Shown here: one piece after another, positions 55,833 through 63,309 of the stretch
How the letters are laid out: every line of letters starts with the position of its first letter
Position numbering within the stretch: the stretch's first letter is position 1
Source: a virus
DNA length: 64,000 nt
Virus record (IMG/VR): IMGVR_UViG_3300045988_057044
Location: 53,907-117,906 of that record
Strand: one strand, 5' to 3'
Notes under the pieces: model-generated
The model's input: only the letters and a program-made list of their open reading frames with translations
Told to the model about the DNA's origin: nothing
Databases searched by the model: none
Translations under genes and position numbers: made by a program

Positions 55833-55907
55833 TAGGGTAGGAGGGACTCGAACCCTCACGGCACATGGGCCTAAACCATGCCTGTCTACCAATTCCAGCA
55901 CTACCCC
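55833..55907 (-). tRNA. tRNA with anticodon TAG (Leu, reads CUA) on a class-I-length (75 nt) body
   Basis: minus sense GGGGTAG-TG-CTG-GAATTGGTAGA-CAG-G-CATGG-TTTAGGC-CCATG-TGCCGT-GAGGG-TTCGAGT-CCCTC-CTACCCT-A; lacks the long variable arm of bacterial tRNA-Leu. Confidence 0.6.
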
Positions 55908-55916
55908 TTGCTCTAG

Positions 55917-56348
55917 TTAATTGTTATTATAATTGTGAAGTTGCATATGACAGTTAGAGCAAACTATCATTAGATTATCCAACTTATTATTATAATGGTT
56001 ATTATCCTTGTGATGTAATTCTAAAGGAATTTTCATTCCCTCTGATAATCCACAACGCTCACACTTATCTTCTTTATATCCATCCTCTATTAATCTTATC
56101 CTCTTTCTAGAATTAGAAACATTAGGATTTTCTATCAGGTCTAAAGCATCTTTCCTCTTTGGGTCTAGTCTTTTTCCCTTAGAACCTTGATTCCCCTTAT
56201 ACTCTATTCCCATCTTAATATAATAGGATTTTAAAGTATCAACCTTGCAATTTAGTCTTCTAGCTATTTCAGCATTAGACTCATTTTCTGAAATCCATTG
56301 TCGGATTTCCTATTCTCTTTCTAAAATGTCGATTCTTGCCTTTGCCAT
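55917..56348 (-). CDS. HNH endonuclease with N-terminal HTH domain, interrupted by an in-frame TAG (56310-56312) 12 codons after the ATG
   Basis: ORF-track ORF 55917..56213 (CERCG...HHKDNNHYNNKLDNLMIVCSNCH = HNH). Its frame continues upstream through EIRQWISENESNAEIARRLNCKVDTLKSYYIK (sigma-region-4/LuxR-type HTH) with no start codon until MAKARIDILERE-TAG. Confidence 0.5.
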
Positions 56349-56383
56349 ATTAAATACTATAAATTCCGCCACTACCCCAACTG

Positions 56384-56845
56384 TTAGGTTGCTTTTATTT
56401 CTTTAGCAACCTTAACCATTTCGTTATATTTCTCTACTACCTTATTAAAGTCTTCCTCAGATATTTGAAAAACTTTGTGAGAGTTTCCATACCACTCTTC
56501 TTGACCAGGAAGCCACGTTATATTAATATACCTCTTCTTTTCTAATTCCATATGTACCTTAGATGAATCAATATAAACTGAATAGGCATCCTCTTCGATT
56601 CTACTACTTCGTGGATCTGTTGGGTCGGATGTAAGTCTGAAAAACATTGTTGACATACCATTGAAGTCTATCTTGAAACACTTTCCTATATAGCTTTTAA
56701 GTAGTGCTTTATGTCTATTATCGCTATCTACCTTCTCTTGGTGTCTCTTCCGTTCTTCTTCCTTAACATATTCATTATACTCTCTTAGAGTGCTGTCTGG
56801 ATGCTTGTCCAGATATTCTTCTATAGGACTCTTTCTTCCCCACAT
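56384..56845 (-). CDS. hypothetical protein (153 aa)
   Basis: ORF track. Confidence 0.4.
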   Translation of the reverse strand: MWGRKSPIEEYLDKHPDSTLREYNEYVKEEERKRHQEKVDSDNRHKALLKSYIGKCFKIDFNGMSTMFFRLTSDPTDPRSSRIEEDAYSVYIDSSKVHMELEKKRYINITWLPGQEEWYGNSHKVFQISEEDFNKVVEKYNEMVKVAKEIKAT

Positions 56846-56846
56846 A

Positions 56847-57257
56847 TTATACTACTTTAAGATGGCAATAAATACTAAATTCTGGAATTGGAATCCAAGT
56901 TGCAATACCATTGCTATCTACTGGTTTACCCTTGTTGATTGTACAAATAGTGATATGAGGTTTAGCATTTGCACAAGGCAGATATTGGTCTCCCAATTCT
57001 ACTCCAAAAGCTATTGCTTTCTCAGAAATCCCTATTTTGTTTACAATTAATCGAAAATTACCATCTATACGATATTGTAGGTCATTAGCCATCTTTTCTT
57101 CATGTTGATTTTTATGGAGAAGAGTGCAATGATCTAAATAAATAGTACTTCCTCTTTGGAACACCAGATTGCAAATAATGGGATTTCCAATGATAACTTG
57201 CATAAGTTTGTTTCTAGTTGGTTCATCTAAGAACAATCCAAAATACTGATAATTCAT
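56847..57257 (-). CDS. hypothetical protein (136 aa)
   Basis: ORF track. Confidence 0.4.
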   Translation of the reverse strand: MNYQYFGLFLDEPTRNKLMQVIIGNPIICNLVFQRGSTIYLDHCTLLHKNQHEEKMANDLQYRIDGNFRLIVNKIGISEKAIAFGVELGDQYLPCANAKPHITICTINKGKPVDSNGIATWIPIPEFSIYCHLKVV

Positions 57258-57395
57258 AAGTTTTATTTTTTAATTATTTGAAATCAGACCTCATATCCGT
57301 TCCATGGAGCGCAATATAAGCCGACTATACTCGTGGCAACCTATATTACTTGATATGTCTTTTCGGTTGTACTACTTTCTCCGTATCTGATTATG

Positions 57396-57464
57396 TGAAC
57401 CTATTGGGACTTGAACCCAAATCTAGCCAACGCGTCTAGACCTTTATTCCAATTAGGTAGGCTC
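57396..57464 (-). tRNA. tRNA-like sequence, undetermined (good acceptor and T arm, 4 nt short, no canonical D/anticodon arms)
   Basis: minus sense GAGCCTA...GGTCTAGACGCGTTGGCTAGA...TTGGG-TTCAAGT-CCCAA-TAGGTTC-A; interior is palindrome-rich (GTCTAGAC, ACGCGT). Confidence 0.3.
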
Positions 57465-57479
57465 AAGTGTGGACCTAGA

Positions 57480-57554
57480 GGGCTTTGAACCCCCGACCTT
57501 CTGATTATGAGTCAGCTGCTCTGACCGGACTGAGCTATAGGTCCTAAATATTAT
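57480..57554 (-). tRNA. tRNA-Met or tRNA-Ile2(CAT)
   Basis: minus sense GGACCTA-TA-GCTC-AGTCCGGTCA-GAGC-A-GCTGA-CTCATAA-TCAGA-AGGTC-GGGGG-TTCAAAG-CCCTC-TAGGTCC-A. Confidence 0.75.
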
Positions 57555-57904
57555 TCGTATGCACTTATTGATTTGCATTCAAATATTACTGTCTTCCCTA
57601 GAACATCACTTGGTTTTATATTAAACTTAGCAAATTCCAGCATCAACTTTTCCATTTCTTCTACAGAATGTGTTTCTCCTATGATACTTTTTCTATCTAT
57701 AGAAGTTTGAAAATTGGCAAACAATTCTGTAACTAAACAACTATTACTCTCATTTCTTACTATTATTTGTTCTTCTGGTTTTAACTTTTCTGCTGCATCA
57801 GAGTGTAACTTACCACACCAACAAACTCCGAATGAATTTTCCCGGACTTTACATTTACCTTTGTCACAAAACTTGACAACCTTTCTATAATCTTCTGGCT
57901 TCAT
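57551..57904 (-). CDS. hypothetical protein (117 aa)
   Basis: ORF track. Confidence 0.4.
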   Translation of the reverse strand: MKPEDYRKVVKFCDKGKCKVRENSFGVCWCGKLHSDAAEKLKPEEQIIVRNESNSCLVTELFANFQTSIDRKSIIGETHSVEEMEKLMLEFAKFNIKPSDVLGKTVIFECKSISAYE

Positions 57905-58329
57905 AATTTAGAACGTATATCGTTAATTAACGCTTGAATCATATGAGTTTGTTCTCTCCATTTGTAATGAAATTCAAGACTGTTAGACTCTTCTTCGGTT
58001 AATGGAATATGAAATAATATTTTATGGTATATATTCTTAAACCATTTCCTCTCAAGCTTCCTACTTTCCTTAGTTCCTACCTCATATCCTCTCTTAGATT
58101 TACGGTTCTTAGAACGACCACGTGCCCAACCAAATTGTTTGCCATCATTCACCCATTTCCAGTCGGCTCTGGCTTCTTTTTGCCTAAGCCTCTTGTTAAT
58201 GATATTAATCTTTTCTATCTCTTCCATATTTGTTAATTTTGTTGGGCTACTAGGACTCGAACCTAGACTGACAGAATCAAAATCTGTAGTGCTAACCATT
58301 ACACCCAATACTAACTTAACTATTCTCAC
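57901..58329 (-). CDS. hypothetical basic protein (142 aa)
   Basis: ORF track. Confidence 0.4.
   Translation of the reverse strand: MRIVKLVLGVMVSTTDFDSVSLGSSPSSPTKLTNMEEIEKINIINKRLRQKEARADWKWVNDGKQFGWARGRSKNRKSKRGYEVGTKESRKLERKWFKNIYHKILFHIPLTEEESNSLEFHYKWREQTHMIQALINDIRSKL
58242..58313 (-). tRNA. tRNA-Gln(TTG)-like; acceptor strands do not pair (possible chimera/pseudogene)
   Basis: minus sense TAGTATT-GG-GTGT-AATGGTTA-GCAC-T-ACAGA-TTTTGAT-TCTGT-CAGT-CTAGG-TTCGAGT-CCTAG-TAGCCCA-A. Confidence 0.45.
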
Positions 58330-58370
58330 GAACCATTAAGTCCACATTTACCATGAAAACACACAATGTG

Positions 58371-58447
58371 TGGGACGAGGCAGAATCGAACTGCCGCTAT
58401 CGTCCCGGATTTTCAGTCCAGCGCTCTACCAACTGAGCTATCGTCCC
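58371..58447 (-). tRNA. tRNA-Phe(GAA) with 9-nt variable loop
   Basis: minus sense GGGACGA-TA-GCTC-AGTTGGTA-GAGC-G-CTGGA-CTGAAAA-TCCGG-GACGATAGC-GGCAG-TTCGATT-CTGCC-TCGTCCC-A; variable region repeats the 5' motif GGGACGATAGC. Confidence 0.7.
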
Positions 58448-58698
58448 ATGTAATCAGATACTCAAATCTAATACATTTTTGTTCCACCAGTTAGTTAAAT
58501 CTTGTAAAGAAAACTTAAATACAGTTTCAAAGTCTTCTACAGAAACAACTTCCTCTCCTATCTCTCCAGCCCACATGCTTTTGTCTCTTCTAAGGAAATG
58601 GGTTCTTCCATAAGCCATGTATCATTCAGTAACATATCCATGAATGGCTTATGTAGTGATGCAAATATTCTAATCTTCCATAACAATGTTTATTTAAG

Positions 58699-58783
58699 CG
58701 GAGGCAGCTGGATTCGAACCAGCGGGACCCGAAGGCCCTCCGTCTTAGCAGGACGGTGGTTTAAGCCACTCACCCATACCTCC
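58699..58783 (-). tRNA. tRNA-Ser(GCT)
   Basis: minus sense GGAGGTA-TG-GGT-GAGTGGCTTAA-ACC-A-CCGTC-CTGCTAA-GACGG-long variable arm-GCTGG-TTCGAAT-CCAGC-TGCCTCC-G. Confidence 0.8.
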
Positions 58784-58845
58784 AGATTGCAAAGGGGCTT
58801 TTGTTATACTTTACTATTGAAATTGTAAAGCCCCTTCGCTGTGAA

Positions 58846-60819
58846 TTACTTCACTTCTTCAAACTCAGTTGTTTCAGCTTTCTTCTCCTCCAACTCTTTC
58901 TTGCCGAGAACACTTTTCAGTGTATCAGCGAAAGGTATAGAGCGAAGCAAGTCGAACGCAGGATTCAAGTTCTCAGCAGTTTTAGCCATGAAGTTACCAG
59001 CGGTATTCTCGTTACCATAAACAGTAACCTGTCCAAGGTGAACGTGTTCAAACATCTGAGCAGATGCTTCTGCAATACCTGTCAACTGGTCAACTGTCTT
59101 GTACTGAACCACCATTTCCGGAGTCAAGCCAGATTCAATCATCTTCTGGACTGCCAGAGCAGGAGCCATTTCAATAGCCTGGACTTTATCAGCCTCAGCC
59201 ATCAAAGACGCTCTCTTACCCTCAGCTTCAGCAAGCAGTTTCTTTCTTGTACCTTCAGCTTCAGCTTCTAGCTGCAACTTTGTAGCATTTGCTTTAGCTT
59301 CTGCTTCTTTCAGAATTTCAGCAGCCTTAGCTTCTGCTTCAAGTACGGCTTTTTGCTTAACAGCTTCTGCCTCAATTGTGATACGTTCCTTCTCCTTTTG
59401 AGCGGGAACAATCGTCTCTGCATGAAGCTTAGCTTCCATAGCCAATGCAGCTGCTTCGTTTACTTCCAGTTGCTTTTCTTGCTTAGTTTTCTCGATAGTC
59501 ATTTGAGCTTCTACCTTAGAAGTTCCTGCTACCTTTTCAGCTTCAGCCTTAGCTTTCTCGGCTTCTCCCTTAGCTTTAGAGACTTCAATCGTGGCATTTT
59601 GTTCTGCCACTCCTGCAATCTTATCAGCTTCGGCTGCCTTTACACGCTTGTCTGACTCATACTTAGCAACTGCAGCTTCCTGTTCGTTAATTGCCTTTTG
59701 CGTCTCAGCTTCCTGTTTTTGCTTAGCCTGAGCAATACGAGTTTGTTTCTCTGCTTCTGCTTCTGCTTTCTTAGAGTCAGCTTCTGCTTTAGCCTTGGCT
59801 ACATTAGCCTCAGCTAGTGATTCAGACTCTGCTCTATTAGAATCGGCTTCTGCTTGAGCTTTGGCTATAGCTGAAATTTTCTCAGCTTCTGCTTTAGCTT
59901 TCTCCGATTCTGCTGCAGTATTAGCTTTAGCAATATTGGCAGCTTGCTCAGCTTTCTGATTAGCAATACCTGATTGCTTATTCTTCTCAGCTTCTGCAAG
60001 TTTGATTTCCTTCTCCTGGTTAATCTCTGCCACACGAACCTCCTGCTCTTGTCTAGTCTGAGCAACAGTAGTTTCACGCTCTTTCTCAGCGTCTGCTACA
60101 GCAATTTCACGTTGCTTGTTGGTTTCTGCAATCTGAATATCTCCTTTCTTTTTCTCTTCTGCAATGTCAGCCTGTGCTTGAGCAAGAGCTTTAGTTGCAG
60201 CTTTCTGACCTAGATTCTTGATATAGTTTGCATCATCCGAAATATCAGCATTGTTAATGTTGATAATACTGAAACCTACCTTATTCAACTCGGTCTCAAT
60301 ATTCTCCTTAGCTTTGCCGATAAACTTGATTCTATCAGCGTTAATTTCCTCAATCGTCATCGTAGCCATCAAGCTTCTCACTTCACCAATGAGAATATCC
60401 TTGATTTGGTCTGAGATTTCAGAAGTTTTAGCTGTTAAGAATCTACTTGCAGCATTTTGCATTAATGTTTGAGTAGTCCCAATACCAGTGGTCAATGTTA
60501 CAGGAATAGTTACCTTAATCATTTGACTGGAAACACCAGTAACATTTACTTGAATTTGGATAGGTTTCAAAGACATTTTAGCCCAGTCTTGAATTACTGG
60601 CATTACGAATGTACCTCCACCATGAATGATTTTGGACGGCAGAATAACTTCCTCCGACTTTCCAGTCTTCTCGTTAACTACCTTTTTCTTACCAGCTTTA
60701 CCAAACACAACCAAGATTTCATCACTGGCACACTTACGATACCGTGACAAAAGTCCAATAAAGGTTAAAACTACCAGCAATACAATAACACCTGCTACAA
60801 TAAGAGTTTCTGTTGTCAT
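58846..60819 (-). CDS. flotillin-like SPFH/band-7 protein with long Ala/Glu/Lys-rich coiled coil
   Basis: N-terminal TM helix (LIVAGVIVLLVVLTFIGLL), SPFH-like region, then ~300 aa of AEAEK/KAEAE repeats typical of flotillins (FloT/YqiK family). Confidence 0.65.
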   Translation of the reverse strand: MTTETLIVAGVIVLLVVLTFIGLLSRYRKCASDEILVVFGKAGKKKVVNEKTGKSEEVILPSKIIHGGGTFVMPVIQDWAKMSLKPIQIQVNVTGVSSQMIKVTIPVTLTTGIGTTQTLMQNAASRFLTAKTSEISDQIKDILIGEVRSLMATMTIEEINADRIKFIGKAKENIETELNKVGFSIININNADISDDANYIKNLGQKAATKALAQAQADIAEEKKKGDIQIAETNKQREIAVADAEKERETTVAQTRQEQEVRVAEINQEKEIKLAEAEKNKQSGIANQKAEQAANIAKANTAAESEKAKAEAEKISAIAKAQAEADSNRAESESLAEANVAKAKAEADSKKAEAEAEKQTRIAQAKQKQEAETQKAINEQEAAVAKYESDKRVKAAEADKIAGVAEQNATIEVSKAKGEAEKAKAEAEKVAGTSKVEAQMTIEKTKQEKQLEVNEAAALAMEAKLHAETIVPAQKEKERITIEAEAVKQKAVLEAEAKAAEILKEAEAKANATKLQLEAEAEGTRKKLLAEAEGKRASLMAEADKVQAIEMAPALAVQKMIESGLTPEMVVQYKTVDQLTGIAEASAQMFEHVHLGQVTVYGNENTAGNFMAKTAENLNPAFDLLRSIPFADTLKSVLGKKELEEKKAETTEFEEVK

Positions 60820-60835
60820 CTTTTAAAAATTCTTT

Positions 60836-61354
60836 TTAGTTAAAATAATACTTTCCATTCTCAAATTTAGAAATTACCACACGAGTACCAACCATATATC
60901 CCATTTTTGGGACTTCTGGATAGGCTACAATTTCCTCAGAACCTCCATTTACTTCAATAGTAATGAAGAAATGGTTTTCACAAGGAACTGTGATAATTCC
61001 AACCCTTCCAATCAAGGCTTCACCCTCTTCTGGAATAACTTGATGCTGGAGTTTTAAACAGAGTTTATATAAGTAGTAAAGTATAACCACGAAAAGAATA
61101 CCGCATACTAATGCGATTAGATAATCATACCATTCTACAGAATGGGATACGGATTGCTTAACACAAAGCCATCCACTAGCCCCCATTATAAAATGGATTA
61201 ATCCCTTAAATGAGACAATATCACTCACGTTCATATCTAGTTCTCCATCTAAATCAACATCTAAGTCAGTGTCTCCGCCAAACCAAGATAAGATGAATTG
61301 AACTAGAAAAATGCCATATGAAATGGCTGCCAAAAGATAATACACTTCACTCAT
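60836..61354 (-). CDS. NfeD-like membrane protein (flotillin partner)
   Basis: Hydrophobic N-terminal helices plus C-terminal beta-rich OB-like segment (GRVGIITV...GYMVGTRVVISKFENG); located immediately upstream of the flotillin gene as in bacterial nfeD-floT operons. Confidence 0.5.
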   Translation of the reverse strand: MSEVYYLLAAISYGIFLVQFILSWFGGDTDLDVDLDGELDMNVSDIVSFKGLIHFIMGASGWLCVKQSVSHSVEWYDYLIALVCGILFVVILYYLYKLCLKLQHQVIPEEGEALIGRVGIITVPCENHFFITIEVNGGSEEIVAYPEVPKMGYMVGTRVVISKFENGKYYFN

Positions 61355-61575
61355 CTCTTACAATATTTACAATCTGGGTCATGGACTACTCCTACAACTT
61401 GGTATTGTCCCTCGGTGAATTTAATGTACTGATGATTCTTGTATTTAAAGTGAACTGCGGTATCAAATGGAATAATTCCATCTCTGGTATTCCTAGTAGC
61501 TTCTAGTTCACTAGTTGGACCTGAACAACTAAATAGTAGCACAAGTCCTAATGAGATAATTGTTAGCTTTTTCAT
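61351..61575 (-). CDS. small lipoprotein (74 aa)
   Basis: MKKLTIISLGLVLLFSCSG = signal peptide + lipobox. Confidence 0.45.
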   Translation of the reverse strand: MKKLTIISLGLVLLFSCSGPTSELEATRNTRDGIIPFDTAVHFKYKNHQYIKFTEGQYQVVGVVHDPDCKYCKR

Positions 61576-61583
61576 AATTCTTT

Positions 61584-62000
61584 TTAATCTTTGTTTTTAT
61601 TTTTAAAGTGTATATCTCTATGACAATTTGCACACAGAACTATACATTTCTTTAATTCTTCCTCCATCTTTTTTCTAGAACCATTGTGAGCTAAAGTAGC
61701 AATACATGATTCCTTTTCATCCGGATTTTCATGGTGAAAGTCCAAGACCCACCATCTGTCTTCTCCACATATAGAACATTTCAAAGAAGATTTTATCTCT
61801 CTAATATAATCTTCGCATTCTTTCGAACTTTCCCTAGCTTTTGCTAGATAGGTCTCCTTGTTCTTCTGATAGTGAAGTTTATTGTAGGCAGATTTACACT
61901 CTTTGCATTCTGCCTGCAATCCGTCTTTCTTAGCCTTATTCTTTCCAAACTCAGAAATAGGCTTTTCCTTTTTGCATTTACTACAAATTTTTGTTTCCAT
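61584..62000 (-). CDS. HNH endonuclease (Zn-finger type); ORF-track N-terminal extension to 62159 is translated tRNA
   Basis: METKICSKCKK...CKECK...CSICGEDRWWVLDFHHENPDEK...CANCHRDIH; upstream 50 codons of the track ORF overlap tRNA-Ser(TGA). Confidence 0.6.
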   Translation of the reverse strand: METKICSKCKKEKPISEFGKNKAKKDGLQAECKECKSAYNKLHYQKNKETYLAKARESSKECEDYIREIKSSLKCSICGEDRWWVLDFHHENPDEKESCIATLAHNGSRKKMEEELKKCIVLCANCHRDIHFKNKNKD

Positions 62001-62068
62001 AGCACGCCCGCTAGGAATAATAGTTTTGGAGACTATCCTCTTAAACCACTTGAGTACGGACGTATTTG

Positions 62069-62157
62069 CGGAAGGACAGGGATTCGAACCCTGGGGACGT
62101 GTTACCGCCCGACGGTTTTCAAGACCGTTGCAATAAGCCTGACTCTGCCACCCTTCC
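62069..62157 (-). tRNA. tRNA-Ser(TGA)
   Basis: minus sense GGAAGGG-TG-GCA-...-TGC-A-ACGGT-CTTGAAA-ACCGT-long variable arm-CAGGG-TTCGAAT-CCCTG-TCCTTCC-G. Confidence 0.8.
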
Positions 62158-62181
62158 AAAAGCTAGTCTTATGACTAGCCA
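62158..62181 (-). terminator. intrinsic terminator between 62270..62719 and tRNA-Ser
   Basis: perfect hairpin GCTAGTC-ATAA-GACTAGC (minus sense) followed by TTTT. Confidence 0.5.
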
Positions 62182-62269
62182 AAAATCATACCAAGAAGCA
62201 ATATTACACAGAATATAGCTAGAATACACCAGCCTATAGCCTGGATTGCTCCTCAGCCAAATATACAAA

Positions 62270-62719
62270 TCATTGAAGATATAAAGCTCCTCCTACTACA
62301 CTTATCCAACCTCCAGCATCGTTTTTGGATAGTCTACCTCTACCAGTTAATAGCATAAATACTGATATTCCTAATAGTATGGTGCCTACTACAATTCCGG
62401 CTATCTCCTTATAGAGGAGTTTCCACACTACGATAGTTATTGCTGTTTGTCCTAGGTTGGATTCTGCTATTCTTATGGCTGAATCTTCAACTGCTTTTAA
62501 GGTTTCATTGACTGCTACGCCAATTTCCTTACCAAGATTTGCATACTCAGAAACTTCCTTGATTTCACCCTTTATAGCTTTCTCTGTTGTTATCTTCTCA
62601 ATTTGAGTTCTAGTATCGCTTGGCAACTTATCATAGTCTTCTTGTGATATAGTTATCTGAGAAAAAGCTGCTACGCTCATCCAGAGCATAGCAAGCATAA
62701 ATACAAGGAACTTTTTCAT
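62270..62719 (-). CDS. secreted/membrane-anchored protein (149 aa)
   Basis: Signal peptide MKKFLVFMLAMLWMSVAAFSQ and C-terminal TM helix. Confidence 0.45.
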   Translation of the reverse strand: MKKFLVFMLAMLWMSVAAFSQITISQEDYDKLPSDTRTQIEKITTEKAIKGEIKEVSEYANLGKEIGVAVNETLKAVEDSAIRIAESNLGQTAITIVVWKLLYKEIAGIVVGTILLGISVFMLLTGRGRLSKNDAGGWISVVGGALYLQ

Positions 62720-63279
62720 TAGTCAAGCCATTCAAATTCTTTACCTTCAAAATGTCTTGCAAAACAAGCATCAAACACTAGCTTTCCAAACTGAGTTGAC
62801 ACATATTTTGCAATCTCTTCAGATTTGCACGCTAGCATCCCGACACCGGAAGCGGCACCGCCGACGTCAGTGCAAGAATGGAAAGAGCCGAGACCCGCAT
62901 CGCCGCCAGAATACGCGCCGCCGCCCACCAACGCGAATTTCTCGCCCTGATAACGGAAGTGACCAATGACCTCTGCATCCTTCGGAACTGATTTCATTCT
63001 AAAGAAGCGAACCCAGGGATACCATATAGTACCAGTCAACAGATTGAACTTGTGACCTTCATTTAGCGCATCCAAGACTGTCTGCAACTTAGCTAGAGAA
63101 TTTACAGATCTATTGTAGTAAATAGTATCTCTAGTAACACACCCTAGATAGTTTACAGCATCCTCATAGGTTCTTATCCGTCCCATAATGTTTTCTGGAA
63201 CGATTTCAACATTGCCAGTTTCGGCATTATAGATGGGTTTATAACCATCTGGACATTCAATTTCAATTGTCTTTTTCAT
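62719..63279 (-). CDS. hypothetical protein (186 aa)
   Basis: ORF track. Confidence 0.45.
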   Translation of the reverse strand: MKKTIEIECPDGYKPIYNAETGNVEIVPENIMGRIRTYEDAVNYLGCVTRDTIYYNRSVNSLAKLQTVLDALNEGHKFNLLTGTIWYPWVRFFRMKSVPKDAEVIGHFRYQGEKFALVGGGAYSGGDAGLGSFHSCTDVGGAASGVGMLACKSEEIAKYVSTQFGKLVFDACFARHFEGKEFEWLD

Positions 63280-63309
63280 TCGTTATAATATTTAATAAAA
63301 CATGATTAG

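Noticed and set aside
59865-60077. Minus-strand ORF 59865..60077 (Arg/Lys/Leu-rich) nested inside the flotillin gene
   Set aside because: Alternative-frame translation of the same repetitive coiled-coil DNA. It is fully contained within the 657-aa ORF.
59200-60300. Highly repetitive GCTTCAGC/AGCTTCTGC nucleotide repeats; considered a CRISPR array or tandem-repeat element
   Set aside because: The repeats are the DNA image of the Ala/Glu/Lys-rich coiled coil (AEAEK repeats) of the flotillin-like ORF. One long frame stays open, there are no unique spacers of uniform length, and no cas genes.
61584-62159. Full 191-aa ORF-track model for the HNH gene
   Set aside because: Its first 53 codons are the translation of tRNA-Ser(TGA) (62069..62157). 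The gene was shortened to the internal ATG at 62000.
2385-62969. All plus-strand ORFs in the six-frame track (2385..2624, 9705..10100, 10292..10789, 21789..22202, 23580..23876, 52615..52905, 54456..55133, 58801..59271, 59353..59655 and others)
   Set aside because: Each lies antisense to a longer minus-strand ORF with recognisable domains, or covers tRNA genes: 48569..48754, 52615..52905, 58139..58339 and 58598..58828 are translated tRNA sequence. Every supported gene in the window is on the minus strand. The plus-strand ORFs are low-complexity, Leu/Ser/Phe-rich antisense artefacts of AT-rich DNA.
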